Shown: positions 31,101 through 40,142, counted from the first letter of the stretch. The stretch: 64,000 nt of DNA from Candidatus Micrarchaeota archaeon (GCA_038046805.1 JBBSVO010000004.1:64001-128000); one strand, 5' to 3'. The notes: generated from the letters alone by a model not told the origin. Numbers and translations are program-made.

Positions 31101-33347
31101 TATTACATGAAGAGAAGATGCCATTGCGGCTTCGCGTATTCCGCCCTCTCCCCCAAGCAGTTCATGCTCAGCAGAAAAAATAAAATTATTGAGAAGGAAA
31201 GAATTCCACGCATCGCTGAATTCCAATCCGGGTTTTCCGCGATTGTAAGTCATACTGTCCCTCCCGACAGTGAGATAAAACTTATTTCTGTCTGGAACGT
31301 GGGTGGGATCATTGGTTTTGTGCTCATTTACCATGTAATCATAAAGTTGAACCGCACGAGAAGAGTCGCCATATTCCGTACTATCTGCAATTGCATTAAT
31401 GCGGTCCAATGCACGCTTTACTCCGACCCGGTCAAAATCCACGCCCATACTACTGGCAAGAGAAGATAGTTTTGTCACGCGTGTTCTAAGCCATTCATTG
31501 TGCTTTTTATCCAGCTGGTCAATATTGATAGCTGTGATTTCTTCATCCGGCATATACCTTTCTGAAAATATTGCTCTGATTTTTTTATTCAATGCCGCGA
31601 TTTCCGCACTTTTCGGATTGCCTTCTATGTTCATACGCTTTAGGATATCATTTTTATGATCAAACGCCAAATCAGTGATATCCATTTCCAAAAGCTCGAA
31701 ATTCACACCATGGTGTTCGTACATTTTTTTCATCAGATACCGCATCATGTCATAATTCAGGTCTTTGTGCAATGTACGATAAATGTTTGAAAGATTGGAA
31801 TCCAGGTTCATTATCACTCCAACACGTTGCGTTTCCTTTGAACCTGCAGTATAAAGGTCATAATATGCACGCTGGAAATATGTAACATTGGCATCAGGTG
31901 GGGCATCTACCTTCGCCGCCATCTCCCTTAGTTGCGCAGATGTTGGCTTCTTGACTGCCCTCATAACGGTTCCGACAACTGCTTTTCCATATCTTCCGGT
32001 GATTCTCATTCCCCGAACATATGATTCAATGGACGCACCTATACCTCCGCCCAGAAGTGTCATGCGCCCCATTCCCGGAAACTTCATCAGTGCCCATCCT
32101 AAAACAGGAATCTTGCCAAGTTGTGGAAAGGCATTAACAAATGCCTGACCGCCCTGAACCGGAAACCTCGCAAGCTTGTGGATTTTTCCTGTCATTCCCC
32201 ATTCATATTCGCGTTCCCCGCTCGTCAGTCTTAGCACGTTCTTGTTTGCATAACCGACTACAAAATTGTGAAGCGCCTCTGCATAGAATTTTGTGCGTTC
32301 CCCTGCTTTTTGAAGTTCTTTTGATTCGCTTTTCATCTGCAGATCTGCCATTTTCTGCATACGCTGTATAATCTGCCCAAGCACACCCTGCTCCTGTTTT
32401 GAGAAAAATAACATCTCTTTTGCATTTTTTGGAAACGCATCTTTGATTTGGGTAAGAGTATAACCGTCCTTTGCCATTTTCAGGCCAAGGGCTTCCATAA
32501 ATTTCTTTGTATCATCGTCTCTATACGTTCCAGCTAATCGCTTAACTTCATTTGTAATAGAGGATTTTCCGCTTCTTGTCAATTGCTTTGAGATAGAATC
32601 TCCTTCTGCTTTGAACACATTCTTTAGAGAAATAAGGCTCTGGTTAGTTATCTTTAGCATTCTACCATATACCAGATGTCCAAGCACCTGTCCGCTTGCA
32701 GTAAGACTCTTCGGAGTTGGAAGACTTGGCGTTGTAATATCCAAAATCGAAAGCGGGCTTCTTCCACTGAAATACATGGTTGCTAGAAGGATACCAAGAA
32801 GGACAAAACCTGTAATGCAGATGGGATATTTATCCTTCGTAGTCTGCAAAAGAGCATCCGATAATTTATGGGTGAATTTGGAAAGTATTGTAGACTCGTC
32901 ATCACAAACAGTTTTTGAGCCTGAAGAAGGAAGGTAAAACGCAGACGGAATTTGGGCATTTGCATAAATATCCTTGCAGCCATTTGGCGTACCCGAATAA
33001 AGGGTTTTTGAAATCGGACAGGACGCATAATACACAGAGTCTTTTAGATTCGATGCCGGAACGTTCTCACATATATTGCTTTTGGTAGTGGCTCCAGAGA
33101 CCTGGTCTTTTTCCAATGTAAAAAAGGTAACTTTTGAATTTGGCGGGGAGACAACCATGGATTCTCCGGTAGGGCTGTTTACATGGATGTATGCCCTTAG
33201 AATTGCAGATCCATCCGCAGACTGCTCTTGCTGAATGTCTAAAATAGTTGGATATGTAGTAGTTGAAGAAAAGGCTGCGCCTGCCAATATGAGCAGTGTC
33301 AATATTACTGCTAAACTGGGAATAATACGCATGATATATTCGCTCAA
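28116..33347 (-). CDS. Giant hypothetical membrane protein (1743 aa) with C-terminal zinc ribbon
   Basis: Signal peptide, Cys-containing ectodomain, TM near aa 177-193, CPLC...CWHC at the end. Confidence 0.8.
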   Translation of the reverse strand: MSEYIMRIIPSLAVILTLLILAGAAFSSTTTYPTILDIQQEQSADGSAILRAYIHVNSPTGESMVVSPPNSKVTFFTLEKDQVSGATTKSNICENVPASNLKDSVYYASCPISKTLYSGTPNGCKDIYANAQIPSAFYLPSSGSKTVCDDESTILSKFTHKLSDALLQTTKDKYPICITGFVLLGILLATMYFSGRSPLSILDITTPSLPTPKSLTASGQVLGHLVYGRMLKITNQSLISLKNVFKAEGDSISKQLTRSGKSSITNEVKRLAGTYRDDDTKKFMEALGLKMAKDGYTLTQIKDAFPKNAKEMLFFSKQEQGVLGQIIQRMQKMADLQMKSESKELQKAGERTKFYAEALHNFVVGYANKNVLRLTSGEREYEWGMTGKIHKLARFPVQGGQAFVNAFPQLGKIPVLGWALMKFPGMGRMTLLGGGIGASIESYVRGMRITGRYGKAVVGTVMRAVKKPTSAQLREMAAKVDAPPDANVTYFQRAYYDLYTAGSKETQRVGVIMNLDSNLSNIYRTLHKDLNYDMMRYLMKKMYEHHGVNFELLEMDITDLAFDHKNDILKRMNIEGNPKSAEIAALNKKIRAIFSERYMPDEEITAINIDQLDKKHNEWLRTRVTKLSSLASSMGVDFDRVGVKRALDRINAIADSTEYGDSSRAVQLYDYMVNEHKTNDPTHVPDRNKFYLTVGRDSMTYNRGKPGLEFSDAWNSFLLNNFIFSAEHELLGGEGGIREAAMASSLHVINRMISLNPDLKEKHGAVLERTVTDWLKTRGVTDKAQVKEFLKDFTGAMNGMIVRYLRELLTEDGLKAMQGLKLNPDAAGISDGKKSEQLQKMLYGYEVYKAGLKKEGIGGTIAIEHGSPTPLTSGEPWANAWKAITNPGSYGEKIIGAYRALAGHNAQVMFKDKDGKVVYMAGREDEMGPDQGWWKFDMKRRWIGDPGRSVSFWTDSHFSKGYKLPYKPNIQHEIEARYKLEGKSFDPQSSQFLKDETLRANYKRMYGRDILMNELYDHLNGVMGMNSYKYTNETMKFYLKAAQGMLGGALISKGEEKYEEGLRTKNNALQEEGERIKQDGKRILDDRTTTAGENLKDWADRLTDHKEDLQKFMDKPLMYKTVASLDHPWVMTHERYYVPYVDGMPLSDFDRIVNGFVALKDSEGKWRRFDPQRINIEFGDSEEGLRFKDKYLALMQEKDYEAVRVSQNYHLEVSWSSLLNELKDWAEGNPERQKLFAAALWHCGTSTGNWQSFWEQSGVSVRPKHEVYGIRTSLLPYASHEYAPASVMDPWRKFVNKARDIGQWVESTSFYAAGYGGGSISGSFDVVALSSYYTHSWMALSDAIKRKSREQMLDLGLSDKAIEAYNENAALYWKYQLVWDFGIDRNPSLSSTSHGLQHSLATLYHLGPATTWSPGFYRALHDTDEWANVNFFFNPTVEIARRASRPFVLAFRAFQMNLFGYPNRWTAETYNPMQPWGSTSLRVVDAFRSLVNPFYTSIGSSGEMARRDLGGRQYLTGLQGQSADMQWIMKGYSYVGRGGGRQNPGEAATDPRETIKLYSPLARRLSQGLEVGQFQGYFEKVSELWSQANTPYVQRLVSPYALQKRREEELGGYGVLMNSIWAWTSPALFVWHLPMSPISPRDIWMQYKEARRMANWDDMSTAEKAKLTVLGQPGSSILSDIWSKLSPVYTDERGQVKLHKSLVYGSDKSRDTVACPLCSRPMQRWGSCWHCSRNERRRGGGVA

Positions 33348-33377
33348 ATGTTATTTATAAAGCTTATACTCAACCAA

Positions 33378-33983
33378 CTAGGTCGCACGTATCCAATCCT
33401 CCTCAAAAATTCTCATGAATTCCACGACTTCCGGACCGGTGAAAACGACTGAGGCCTCGCGGTTTACCCTTAGGGCATTTTTGCTCAGGTTATGGGAGCC
33501 TACCAGAACCTTTGTTCCATCGATTATCATGAATTTGGAATGAGTGAGCTTGAATTCTTCGGATGCCCAATGAACCGCTATGCCTGCTTGTGAAAGAGCG
33601 GCAAATGTTTCCTCATTCTGCTTTCCTGCAATGCGCTTTTCCATTATTACCCGCACTGCTACTCCACGGTTCTTTGCCTTGATGAGTGCTGAAACAATTT
33701 CATCAGATGAAAAAGTGTAGATTTCGATATCAATCGATTTTGTGGCGCTATTAATAAGGGCGAGAATGTCGTCTTCGGCATCCGGGGAAAAAAGAGCGGA
33801 GATTGTTACCGGAACCGAAGCAAATGACGTGGAACCGGAACCCTCGAGCGAGTTGGCGAGCGGAAAAACAAGAATTAAAATTAGGAAAAGGAGTGCCGCA
33901 ACGATGAAGCCAGCTGCGAAAAACAACAACTGCCTACCCTGCGTCTTCTGCTCCTGCGCTGTCTGCTCTCTGTCCATATTCAT
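33378..33983 (-). CDS. Phospholipase D family protein (single HKD, Nuc/PLD6-like), membrane anchored
   Basis: HSKFMIID...GSHNLS...NRE; N-terminal TM. Confidence 0.9.
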   Translation of the reverse strand: MNMDREQTAQEQKTQGRQLLFFAAGFIVAALLFLILILVFPLANSLEGSGSTSFASVPVTISALFSPDAEDDILALINSATKSIDIEIYTFSSDEIVSALIKAKNRGVAVRVIMEKRIAGKQNEETFAALSQAGIAVHWASEEFKLTHSKFMIIDGTKVLVGSHNLSKNALRVNREASVVFTGPEVVEFMRIFEEDWIRAT

Positions 33984-36900
33984 CCAACCGTTTTACCTCG
34001 ATTTCGTTCTCCTTTATTTTCTCGACTGCCTGCAAGAGGGCGATTGCCGTCCTTACATTAGTTATACATGGAATTCCTTTTTCAATACTTGCCCTTCGGA
34101 TTTTGAATCCATCTGTGTTGAACGCGCCTCCGCGTTGCGGAGTATTTATGACAAGTGAGATTTTTCCGCCATCAATTACATCCAGGACCGTAGTTCCGGA
34201 ATTAGTATTGAACTCATTTTTGGAATCAGGATTAGCGCTTATTTTATCGACAACGACTGCATCCTGAAGATATGCCGCAGTTCCAGGAGTAGCAAATATC
34301 ATAAACCCTGCATTTTTCAAAAGTCTTCCGAGCATTGGTGCATATTGCTTGTCCTCCTTGCGCAGGCTCAGGAGAACCGCGGACGACTCGCGTTTTTCTG
34401 GCAGGGAAAGACCGCTTGAAAGAAGTGCCTTCACATACGCCTCGTCAAAAGATTCGGAAATTCCCATTGTTTCGCCAGTGCTTTTCATTTCAGGTCCAAG
34501 AGCAATATCCGCTCCTTTTATTTTCAGGAACGGAAAAACAACCCCTTTGACAGAAAAAGAATTATGAACCCGTTTTTCTTTCTGCTTTTCCAGTGCTTCT
34601 GGGTTTAGTTTTTCCCCAAGCAAAACCCGTGTCGCGAGTTTTGCAAGCGGGATTCCAATTGCCTTACTTAGAAACGGAACGGTTCTGCTTGCGCGGGGAT
34701 TTGCCTCAAGAATGTAGATTATTTCATCTTTTACTGCAAATTGGATATTGATAAGACCGATTGTACCAAGTGCAAGAGCCAATTTCCTGGTGTAATCTTC
34801 CAGAGCTGAAATAGTTTTCGCATCCAGATTCTGTGATGGCAGAACAATATTTGCATCTCCTGAATGCACGCCCGCGAATTCGATGTGCTCCATTATGCCG
34901 CCTATGAAAACATTTTTTCCATCACAAACTGCGTCCACCTCGCATTCAAATGCATTTTCAAGATATTTGTCTATCAACACAGGCTTGTTCTCGCTTACAT
35001 CAACTGCTTCGTCAATGAAGGAACGCATACCATCTTCAGTATAAACAATCCGCATCCCCCTGCCTGCGATTACATAGCTTGGGCGGACTACAACCGGATA
35101 ACCAATTCTTGCTGCGACACTTAAGGCACCTTCTGCGCTTGTGGCAGTTCCGTTTGCTGGCTGGGAAATTCCGAGTTCGTTCGCAAGCTGGCGGAATTTT
35201 TCCCGATCTTCCGCGACATCTATTCCTTCGAGCTGTGTTCCGAAAATCCTGATTCCCGCATTGTGAAGTTTTTCCGCGAGATTGATGCTGGTCTGGCCGC
35301 CGAATTGAAGAATCACGCCCTCTGCACCCTCGTTTTCAACGATATTGAGCACGTCCTCGAAAGTAAGCGGCTCAAAATAAAGCCGGTCGCTCGTATCAAA
35401 ATCAGTGCTGACCGTTTCGGGATTATTGTTTACCATTATGCTCCTGAATCCCATTTCCTTTAATGCAAATGCTGCATGCGAACAGCAATAATCAAATTCA
35501 ATTCCCTGCCCGATACGAATTGGGCCAGAACCGATTACAACGATTTTGCGGCCATCCATTTGACGGGCTTCGTTCTCATCCTCGTAAGTTGAATAGTAAT
35601 AAGGAGTTATTGCCTCGAATTCTCCGGCGCAGCTGTCAACTATTTTATATGTTGGGAGGATTCCGAGCGATTTTCTTCTTACTCTTATTTCAGGTTCGCT
35701 GCTTCCGATTAATTTTGATATTTGTAAATCCGAAAAACCAGATTGCTTTGATTCCAGCAACAGCTCACGCGACACACTCCCAGGGCTAAAGCCCTGGGCT
35801 TCTGACGTTGCGGCTTTAGGCGGAAAGCCGGTTGGAGAAGAAAAAACGAAGCCTGCGGGTGCGCTTCCTCCAATGTTTAAAGACAAAGGCTTCCGCGCAC
35901 CCTGGGAGTGTGAAAGAGGTTTTGATTCTGCAATGCGCAGCCTTTCTTCCATATCAACGATATATTTTATCCGTTCAAGAAACCAGGGATTGATTTTTGT
36001 TATGGAATTCAGTTCGTCAATGCTTTTTCCTTTCCTAAACCATTCAAATATTGCAAAAAGACGAAGGTCGGTGGGGGGCATGAGATGCTTAGACAAATCA
36101 ATATCCTTTGGCAATTTTACTTCGAGACTCCGGATCGCCTTCATGAGCGCTTCTTCGAACGTTCTTCCGATGGCCATTGCTTCTCCCGTGCTTTTCATTT
36201 GTGTTCCTATGGTTCTTTCAGCATTTACAAATTTTTCAAAAGGCCATTTTGGGATTTTCAGAACGCAATAATCAAGCGCAGGCTCAAATGCAGCAGTAGT
36301 TCCGGTTATTGCATTTTTCAGTTCTGGAAGAGAACTACCAAGAGCAATTTTTGCAGCAACCCTGGCGATTGGATATCCTGTTGCCTTTGATGCAAGGGCA
36401 GAAGAACGGGAAAGCCGTGGGTTGATTTCAATTACGGCAAAGTCCCCGGTTTGCTGGTTAAGAGAGAATTGGACATTGCATCCGCCGACTATTCCAATTG
36501 CGCGAACGATTTTCAATGCGGCATTCCTGAGCATCTGGTGGTCACGGTCGCTTAATGTTTGGGATGGAGCAACAACAATCGATTCACCTGTGTGTACCCC
36601 CATCGGATCGAAATTTTCCATATTACAGATGATAATCGCATTATCATAAGCATCCCGGAGAACCTCATATTCAAATTCACCCCAGCCTGCCACAGATTTT
36701 TCAACAAGAACCTCGTGGGTTGCGCTCAGGCGAAAGCCGGCATCAAGAAACTTTTTCAGCTCGTCCTTGTCATGTGCTACCCCGCCACCTGTTCCGCCAA
36801 GCGTGAATGCAGGACGCAGAATGACTGGATAACCAATACTTTCAGCGAATGAATATGCTTCCAGGTAATCTTTTGCTGCAATTCCAGGAAGAATTGGAAT

Positions 36901-37353
36901 TCCGATTCTTTTCATAACTTCGTTGAATTTTTCCCGACTTTCTGCGTTTTCTATGGATTCAAGACTTGTTCCTATAACAGCGACTCCATTTCGCTGAAGA
37001 ATCCCCTTTCTGCCTAACTCTACCGCAAGGTTAAGGCCAGTCTGACCTCCCATTGTCGGTAGAATGGCGTCTGGTCGCTCGCGTTCGATTATTTTTTCCA
37101 GAAATTCCGGTGTAAGCGGTTCAATATAAACAATATCCGCGATATCATAATCAGTCTGGATGGTTGCTGGATTGGAATTAACAAGAACCACTTTGACCCC
37201 TTCTTCACGGAGGGAGCGGCATGCCTGTGCGCCAGAATAATCGAATTCTGCAGATTGACCTATGACGATCGGGCCAGAACCGATAACGAGAACCTTGGAT
37301 GGTTTCGCGTTCTCAGTCTTGCGTCTTGATGGGTTATGAGACATGCTGAACAC
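33934..37353 (-). CDS. carB: Carbamoyl-phosphate synthase large subunit with a ~47-aa in-frame insertion
   Basis: GSGPIVIGQSAEFDY, GVHTGES, EINPRLSRSSALASKATG, duplicated second half, MGS domain. Confidence 0.97.
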   Translation of the reverse strand: MFSMSHNPSRRKTENAKPSKVLVIGSGPIVIGQSAEFDYSGAQACRSLREEGVKVVLVNSNPATIQTDYDIADIVYIEPLTPEFLEKIIERERPDAILPTMGGQTGLNLAVELGRKGILQRNGVAVIGTSLESIENAESREKFNEVMKRIGIPILPGIAAKDYLEAYSFAESIGYPVILRPAFTLGGTGGGVAHDKDELKKFLDAGFRLSATHEVLVEKSVAGWGEFEYEVLRDAYDNAIIICNMENFDPMGVHTGESIVVAPSQTLSDRDHQMLRNAALKIVRAIGIVGGCNVQFSLNQQTGDFAVIEINPRLSRSSALASKATGYPIARVAAKIALGSSLPELKNAITGTTAAFEPALDYCVLKIPKWPFEKFVNAERTIGTQMKSTGEAMAIGRTFEEALMKAIRSLEVKLPKDIDLSKHLMPPTDLRLFAIFEWFRKGKSIDELNSITKINPWFLERIKYIVDMEERLRIAESKPLSHSQGARKPLSLNIGGSAPAGFVFSSPTGFPPKAATSEAQGFSPGSVSRELLLESKQSGFSDLQISKLIGSSEPEIRVRRKSLGILPTYKIVDSCAGEFEAITPYYYSTYEDENEARQMDGRKIVVIGSGPIRIGQGIEFDYCCSHAAFALKEMGFRSIMVNNNPETVSTDFDTSDRLYFEPLTFEDVLNIVENEGAEGVILQFGGQTSINLAEKLHNAGIRIFGTQLEGIDVAEDREKFRQLANELGISQPANGTATSAEGALSVAARIGYPVVVRPSYVIAGRGMRIVYTEDGMRSFIDEAVDVSENKPVLIDKYLENAFECEVDAVCDGKNVFIGGIMEHIEFAGVHSGDANIVLPSQNLDAKTISALEDYTRKLALALGTIGLINIQFAVKDEIIYILEANPRASRTVPFLSKAIGIPLAKLATRVLLGEKLNPEALEKQKEKRVHNSFSVKGVVFPFLKIKGADIALGPEMKSTGETMGISESFDEAYVKALLSSGLSLPEKRESSAVLLSLRKEDKQYAPMLGRLLKNAGFMIFATPGTAAYLQDAVVVDKISANPDSKNEFNTNSGTTVLDVIDGGKISLVINTPQRGGAFNTDGFKIRRASIEKGIPCITNVRTAIALLQAVEKIKENEIEVKRLDEYGQRADSAGAEDAG
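35771..35912 (-). mobile_element. IS200/IS605-type non-autonomous palindromic element inside carB
   Basis: 13-bp inverted repeats CACACTCCCAGGG (35773-35785 and 35900-35912); hairpin GAAGCCCAGGGCTTTAGCCCTGGGAG. Confidence 0.8.
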
Positions 37354-37463
37354 TCACCTTCTTGTTGACGAACTTAAGAATCAGAATTATATAACGCACG
37401 CCAAAGTTTATATAGATGCGCTTGTCGCAGAGCGCGAAACGCTAAACACCAGACCCGAAACGA

Positions 37464-37724
37464 TCAAATCCTCAACGCCCTCCACACAGTCATGTGATTA
37501 GTTCCGATGATATCCGCGATTTCACGGATAGTGAAAAATTCGATATTGTAAAGCCGCTTTGCGAATTCTATTTTATGCTTGTCAAGAATCCGCGGTCGCC
37601 CTATTTTCTTAATTCGTTCGATCTGATTAACTGGAAAGTAAATCTGATTTGAATGACGAATCGTTCAAATCTCTCGGACAGAGTCCTCGATCCCTTTGTT
37701 TGGCAAATTTTTTGACCTGTTCAC
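37464..37724 (-). pseudogene. Resolvase-type HTH protein interrupted by a 27-nt hairpin insertion carrying TGA
   Basis: ...REI*TIRHSNQIYFP...GRPRILDKHKIEFAKRLY...TIREIADIIGTNHMTVWRAL; hairpin at 37646-37671. Confidence 0.6.
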
Positions 37725-37910
37725 CCCCGTTTTTCATGTAAACTCCTCCACAGAAAATCCGTCAAACCGTTGTTTGCCAGCTCTCAAGTTCTTCAGTCGC
37801 TTTGCTCCTTCAGAACTCAAGAAGTAGCAACGCTAATTTGTTTCTGCATTATCTTTAGGGAACGCAGGTTTAAGAGGATTTGTAACGGAATCGTAGCGAT
37901 TCAAAAATTG

Positions 37911-38045
37911 TTACCACAGATCATCATGTGGATCTTTTTCTCTCTTAAACGGTTTTGCGCCCTTTGAAATTCCAAAGGCATCAACACGCACATGTTTTTT
38001 TACTTGTATTTCGGGATCGCGATCTCCATTATCGACACCTTTCAT
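37911..38045 (-). CDS. Small protein (44 aa) resembling an antitoxin C-terminus
   Basis: MKGVDNGDRDPEIQVKKHVRVDAFGISKGAKPFKREKDPHDDLW; compare SAFGMANGKIGPF in 62070..62294. Confidence 0.45.
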   Translation of the reverse strand: MKGVDNGDRDPEIQVKKHVRVDAFGISKGAKPFKREKDPHDDLW

Positions 38046-38096
38046 AGCTTTACTCTGCGGGAAAGAGTTTTATAATGTTTCTGGTATAATGTTTTC

Positions 38097-38552
38097 ATGA
38101 AATGCCATCTTAAAGCAAAACTTACAGTGCTAATTGTGATTCTTCTTTTTGGATTTGTATTTTCCGCTAGCTCAAGCACGAAGACGCAAACAACCTGCGA
38201 GAAAATGCTGAAAGCATACGGGAGCAAAATCGCGCTTCCTGAAGAAGTCGGACGATTCTTTAACGGAGAAAGATTAAACCTGATTTTCAAGATGAACAAG
38301 GGAAGCGATATCTCGGTGAACGGGCAGGTAATGAAAAACGCGATAGGCAATATTAAATGCGGAAGCAAAGGCATGAGCGATTATGACGTGACGCTCACAG
38401 AAGAGGCTGCAAAAAGCCTTTCAAAATCCGACACACCTGCCAAAACATTCGTTTCCCATATGAAAAAGGGCGAGATAAAAATAAAGGCGAATGGAATGAT
38501 GCAGGCGTTTAAGCTGAAGATTGCGGAAATGATGATGGCGACACAGAAATAA
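38097..38552 (+). CDS. Exported hypothetical protein (possible SCP2-like fold)
   Basis: Signal peptide; DYDVTLTEE...KGEIKIKANG. Confidence 0.6.
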   Translation: MKCHLKAKLTVLIVILLFGFVFSASSSTKTQTTCEKMLKAYGSKIALPEEVGRFFNGERLNLIFKMNKGSDISVNGQVMKNAIGNIKCGSKGMSDYDVTLTEEAAKSLSKSDTPAKTFVSHMKKGEIKIKANGMMQAFKLKIAEMMMATQK

Positions 38553-38574
38553 TTGTCGCTTCAATTTAGTTAGT

Positions 38575-38787
38575 ACTCAAGATCTAGATAACGACGAATC
38601 GTTATATATCTCTCAAGTTCTTCTCTTGTTTTACTCACTCAGAACTCAAGATCCAGAGAACGACGATTCGTTCTTTGTCTCTCAAGTTCTTCCTCACTCT
38701 GTTCGTCAGAACTCAAGATCAGAGTGAACGACGAATCATTCACTTCTCTTGACTTCTTCGTCATTTCATTCCTCAGAACTCAAGATC
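38575..38787. repeat. REP/BIME-like tandem array, three units of 67-69 bp plus a partial fourth
   Basis: ACTCAAGATC at 38575, 38644, 38711, 38778; each unit has an AACGACGAATCGTT-type hairpin and an AGTTCT/AGAACT-type stem; related copy near 37781-37822. Confidence 0.85.
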
Positions 38788-38900
38788 TTCATCATTAATC
38801 AGAATAACTGAGTCATCACACAGACAGTTGTGGTTGGCACGAATTAAAATACAAATCTATTTAAACCCAATTAACATAAATTATAACAATAGGTGCAAGA

Positions 38901-39923
38901 ATGCAATTTGTCTCAAAAGAATCTGCCGGCAGTGGCATTGCTCCAGGAAAGCATAGGGTAGCCGAGTGGGCAAAATGGAACTACGAAAGAGTAAGAACCG
39001 CTGCAACAGCAGGCGGAAACGTTATTGTGAACAAAACTATGTCGCTCAGCCTCGTTTCAAAACGGGCAAAAAAATTGGAAGAAAAAGCAAACAGTGAAAA
39101 AAAACAGCACGAAACAGCAGTTGAACTTGGTGAAACATTCGGTTTTTGGCCAGTTGTATACGGATTGTCAAAACTTGGAGAAAAAATTTCGCAATTTACT
39201 GGTCCGATAATTGGATACACCGTGGCATTGATGGTTCCTGCGGGAATAAAGAAAATACTAACTACGGTCAAGAAACTAACTCATAAAGAAAAAAATGCAG
39301 GAAAACCTGATGAAAAAAATTTCACAGATTACCTGTTTAATATTGGTCTTACCAGTCTTGCTGTAGTTCCAACATATTTTTTAACGATCCAGATAGTCGT
39401 AGACGGCGCAACTAGACATGTAAGTGCCTTACGAGCAGCAGTGGCCATAATCGCGGCTACAATAACATCAACAATAGCAGAATGGGGAACATTTGCCCTT
39501 TTTTGGAAAGCAAACAATGAAAAAAAATCGTTGGGAAACGTGCTTAAGGACCTTACCAGAATTCATGAATGGAAGGATTTCTTTAGAGGAGTCAAAAACG
39601 GATTTAATGAAGCAATATTTCGAAAAGAAAAAGAATCATGCGACCAATGCCAACAAAACTTGATGGAAGAAGCAGGGCACCTCATGGCAATAAGAGACTT
39701 TTACTTCCTGCCAATCCAATTAATGCGAACATTCTGGGCAGTTTTGATTGGAATGGGAGCATTTGAACTGACTACGGCAAAGGATTTCATCGATACATTT
39801 TTTGTAAGCTTATCTACATACCTGGGATGGTTTAATACATATTTTGTTTCTCTGAGCTATAAAACATCAGACAAAAAACTACAGGAATACAACAAACAAC
39901 CCCTTGAACAGAATAAAGATTGA
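38901..39923 (+). CDS. Hypothetical multi-pass membrane protein
   Basis: 340 aa, several hydrophobic segments, TATA-like TTTAAA and GGTG upstream. Confidence 0.7.
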   Translation: MQFVSKESAGSGIAPGKHRVAEWAKWNYERVRTAATAGGNVIVNKTMSLSLVSKRAKKLEEKANSEKKQHETAVELGETFGFWPVVYGLSKLGEKISQFTGPIIGYTVALMVPAGIKKILTTVKKLTHKEKNAGKPDEKNFTDYLFNIGLTSLAVVPTYFLTIQIVVDGATRHVSALRAAVAIIAATITSTIAEWGTFALFWKANNEKKSLGNVLKDLTRIHEWKDFFRGVKNGFNEAIFRKEKESCDQCQQNLMEEAGHLMAIRDFYFLPIQLMRTFWAVLIGMGAFELTTAKDFIDTFFVSLSTYLGWFNTYFVSLSYKTSDKKLQEYNKQPLEQNKD

Positions 39924-40025
39924 GAAGAATATAAAATTAAAAATTAAAGAATTCACAGGGATTATAGAAAGTAGCGAGTAGCTTCTAGCCAGTAGCTAGT
40001 AGCCAGAACACGGTAGCAATAGCAT

Positions 40026-40142
40026 TTACTTTTTCTTTCCTTTCTTTCCCTTTTTCGCAGCAACATGTGGCTTGCAGTGAGCACAACTATCGGATTTGTG
40101 TCCGAACAATTTCTTAACCGCATGCACTAACCTGTGTACCAT
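40026..40142 (-). CDS. Small basic His/Cys protein, 38 aa
   Basis: MVHRLVHAVKKLFGHKSDSCAHCKPHVAAKKGKKGKKK; SD GAGGTGA and TTTATA upstream. Confidence 0.65.
   Translation of the reverse strand: MVHRLVHAVKKLFGHKSDSCAHCKPHVAAKKGKKGKKK

Noticed and set aside
35771..35912. BHB-type mRNA intron or intein in carB
   Set aside because: No bulge-helix-bulge could be drawn at the junctions; no intein terminal residues (C/S...HN) and too short
37665..37667. Selenocysteine or recoded TGA
   Set aside because: The stop lies inside an inserted hairpin of a repeat family, and many intact genes here end in TGA
38575..38787. CRISPR array
   Set aside because: The exact repeat is only 10-15 bp, the would-be spacers are similar to each other and palindromic, and there are no cas genes in the window
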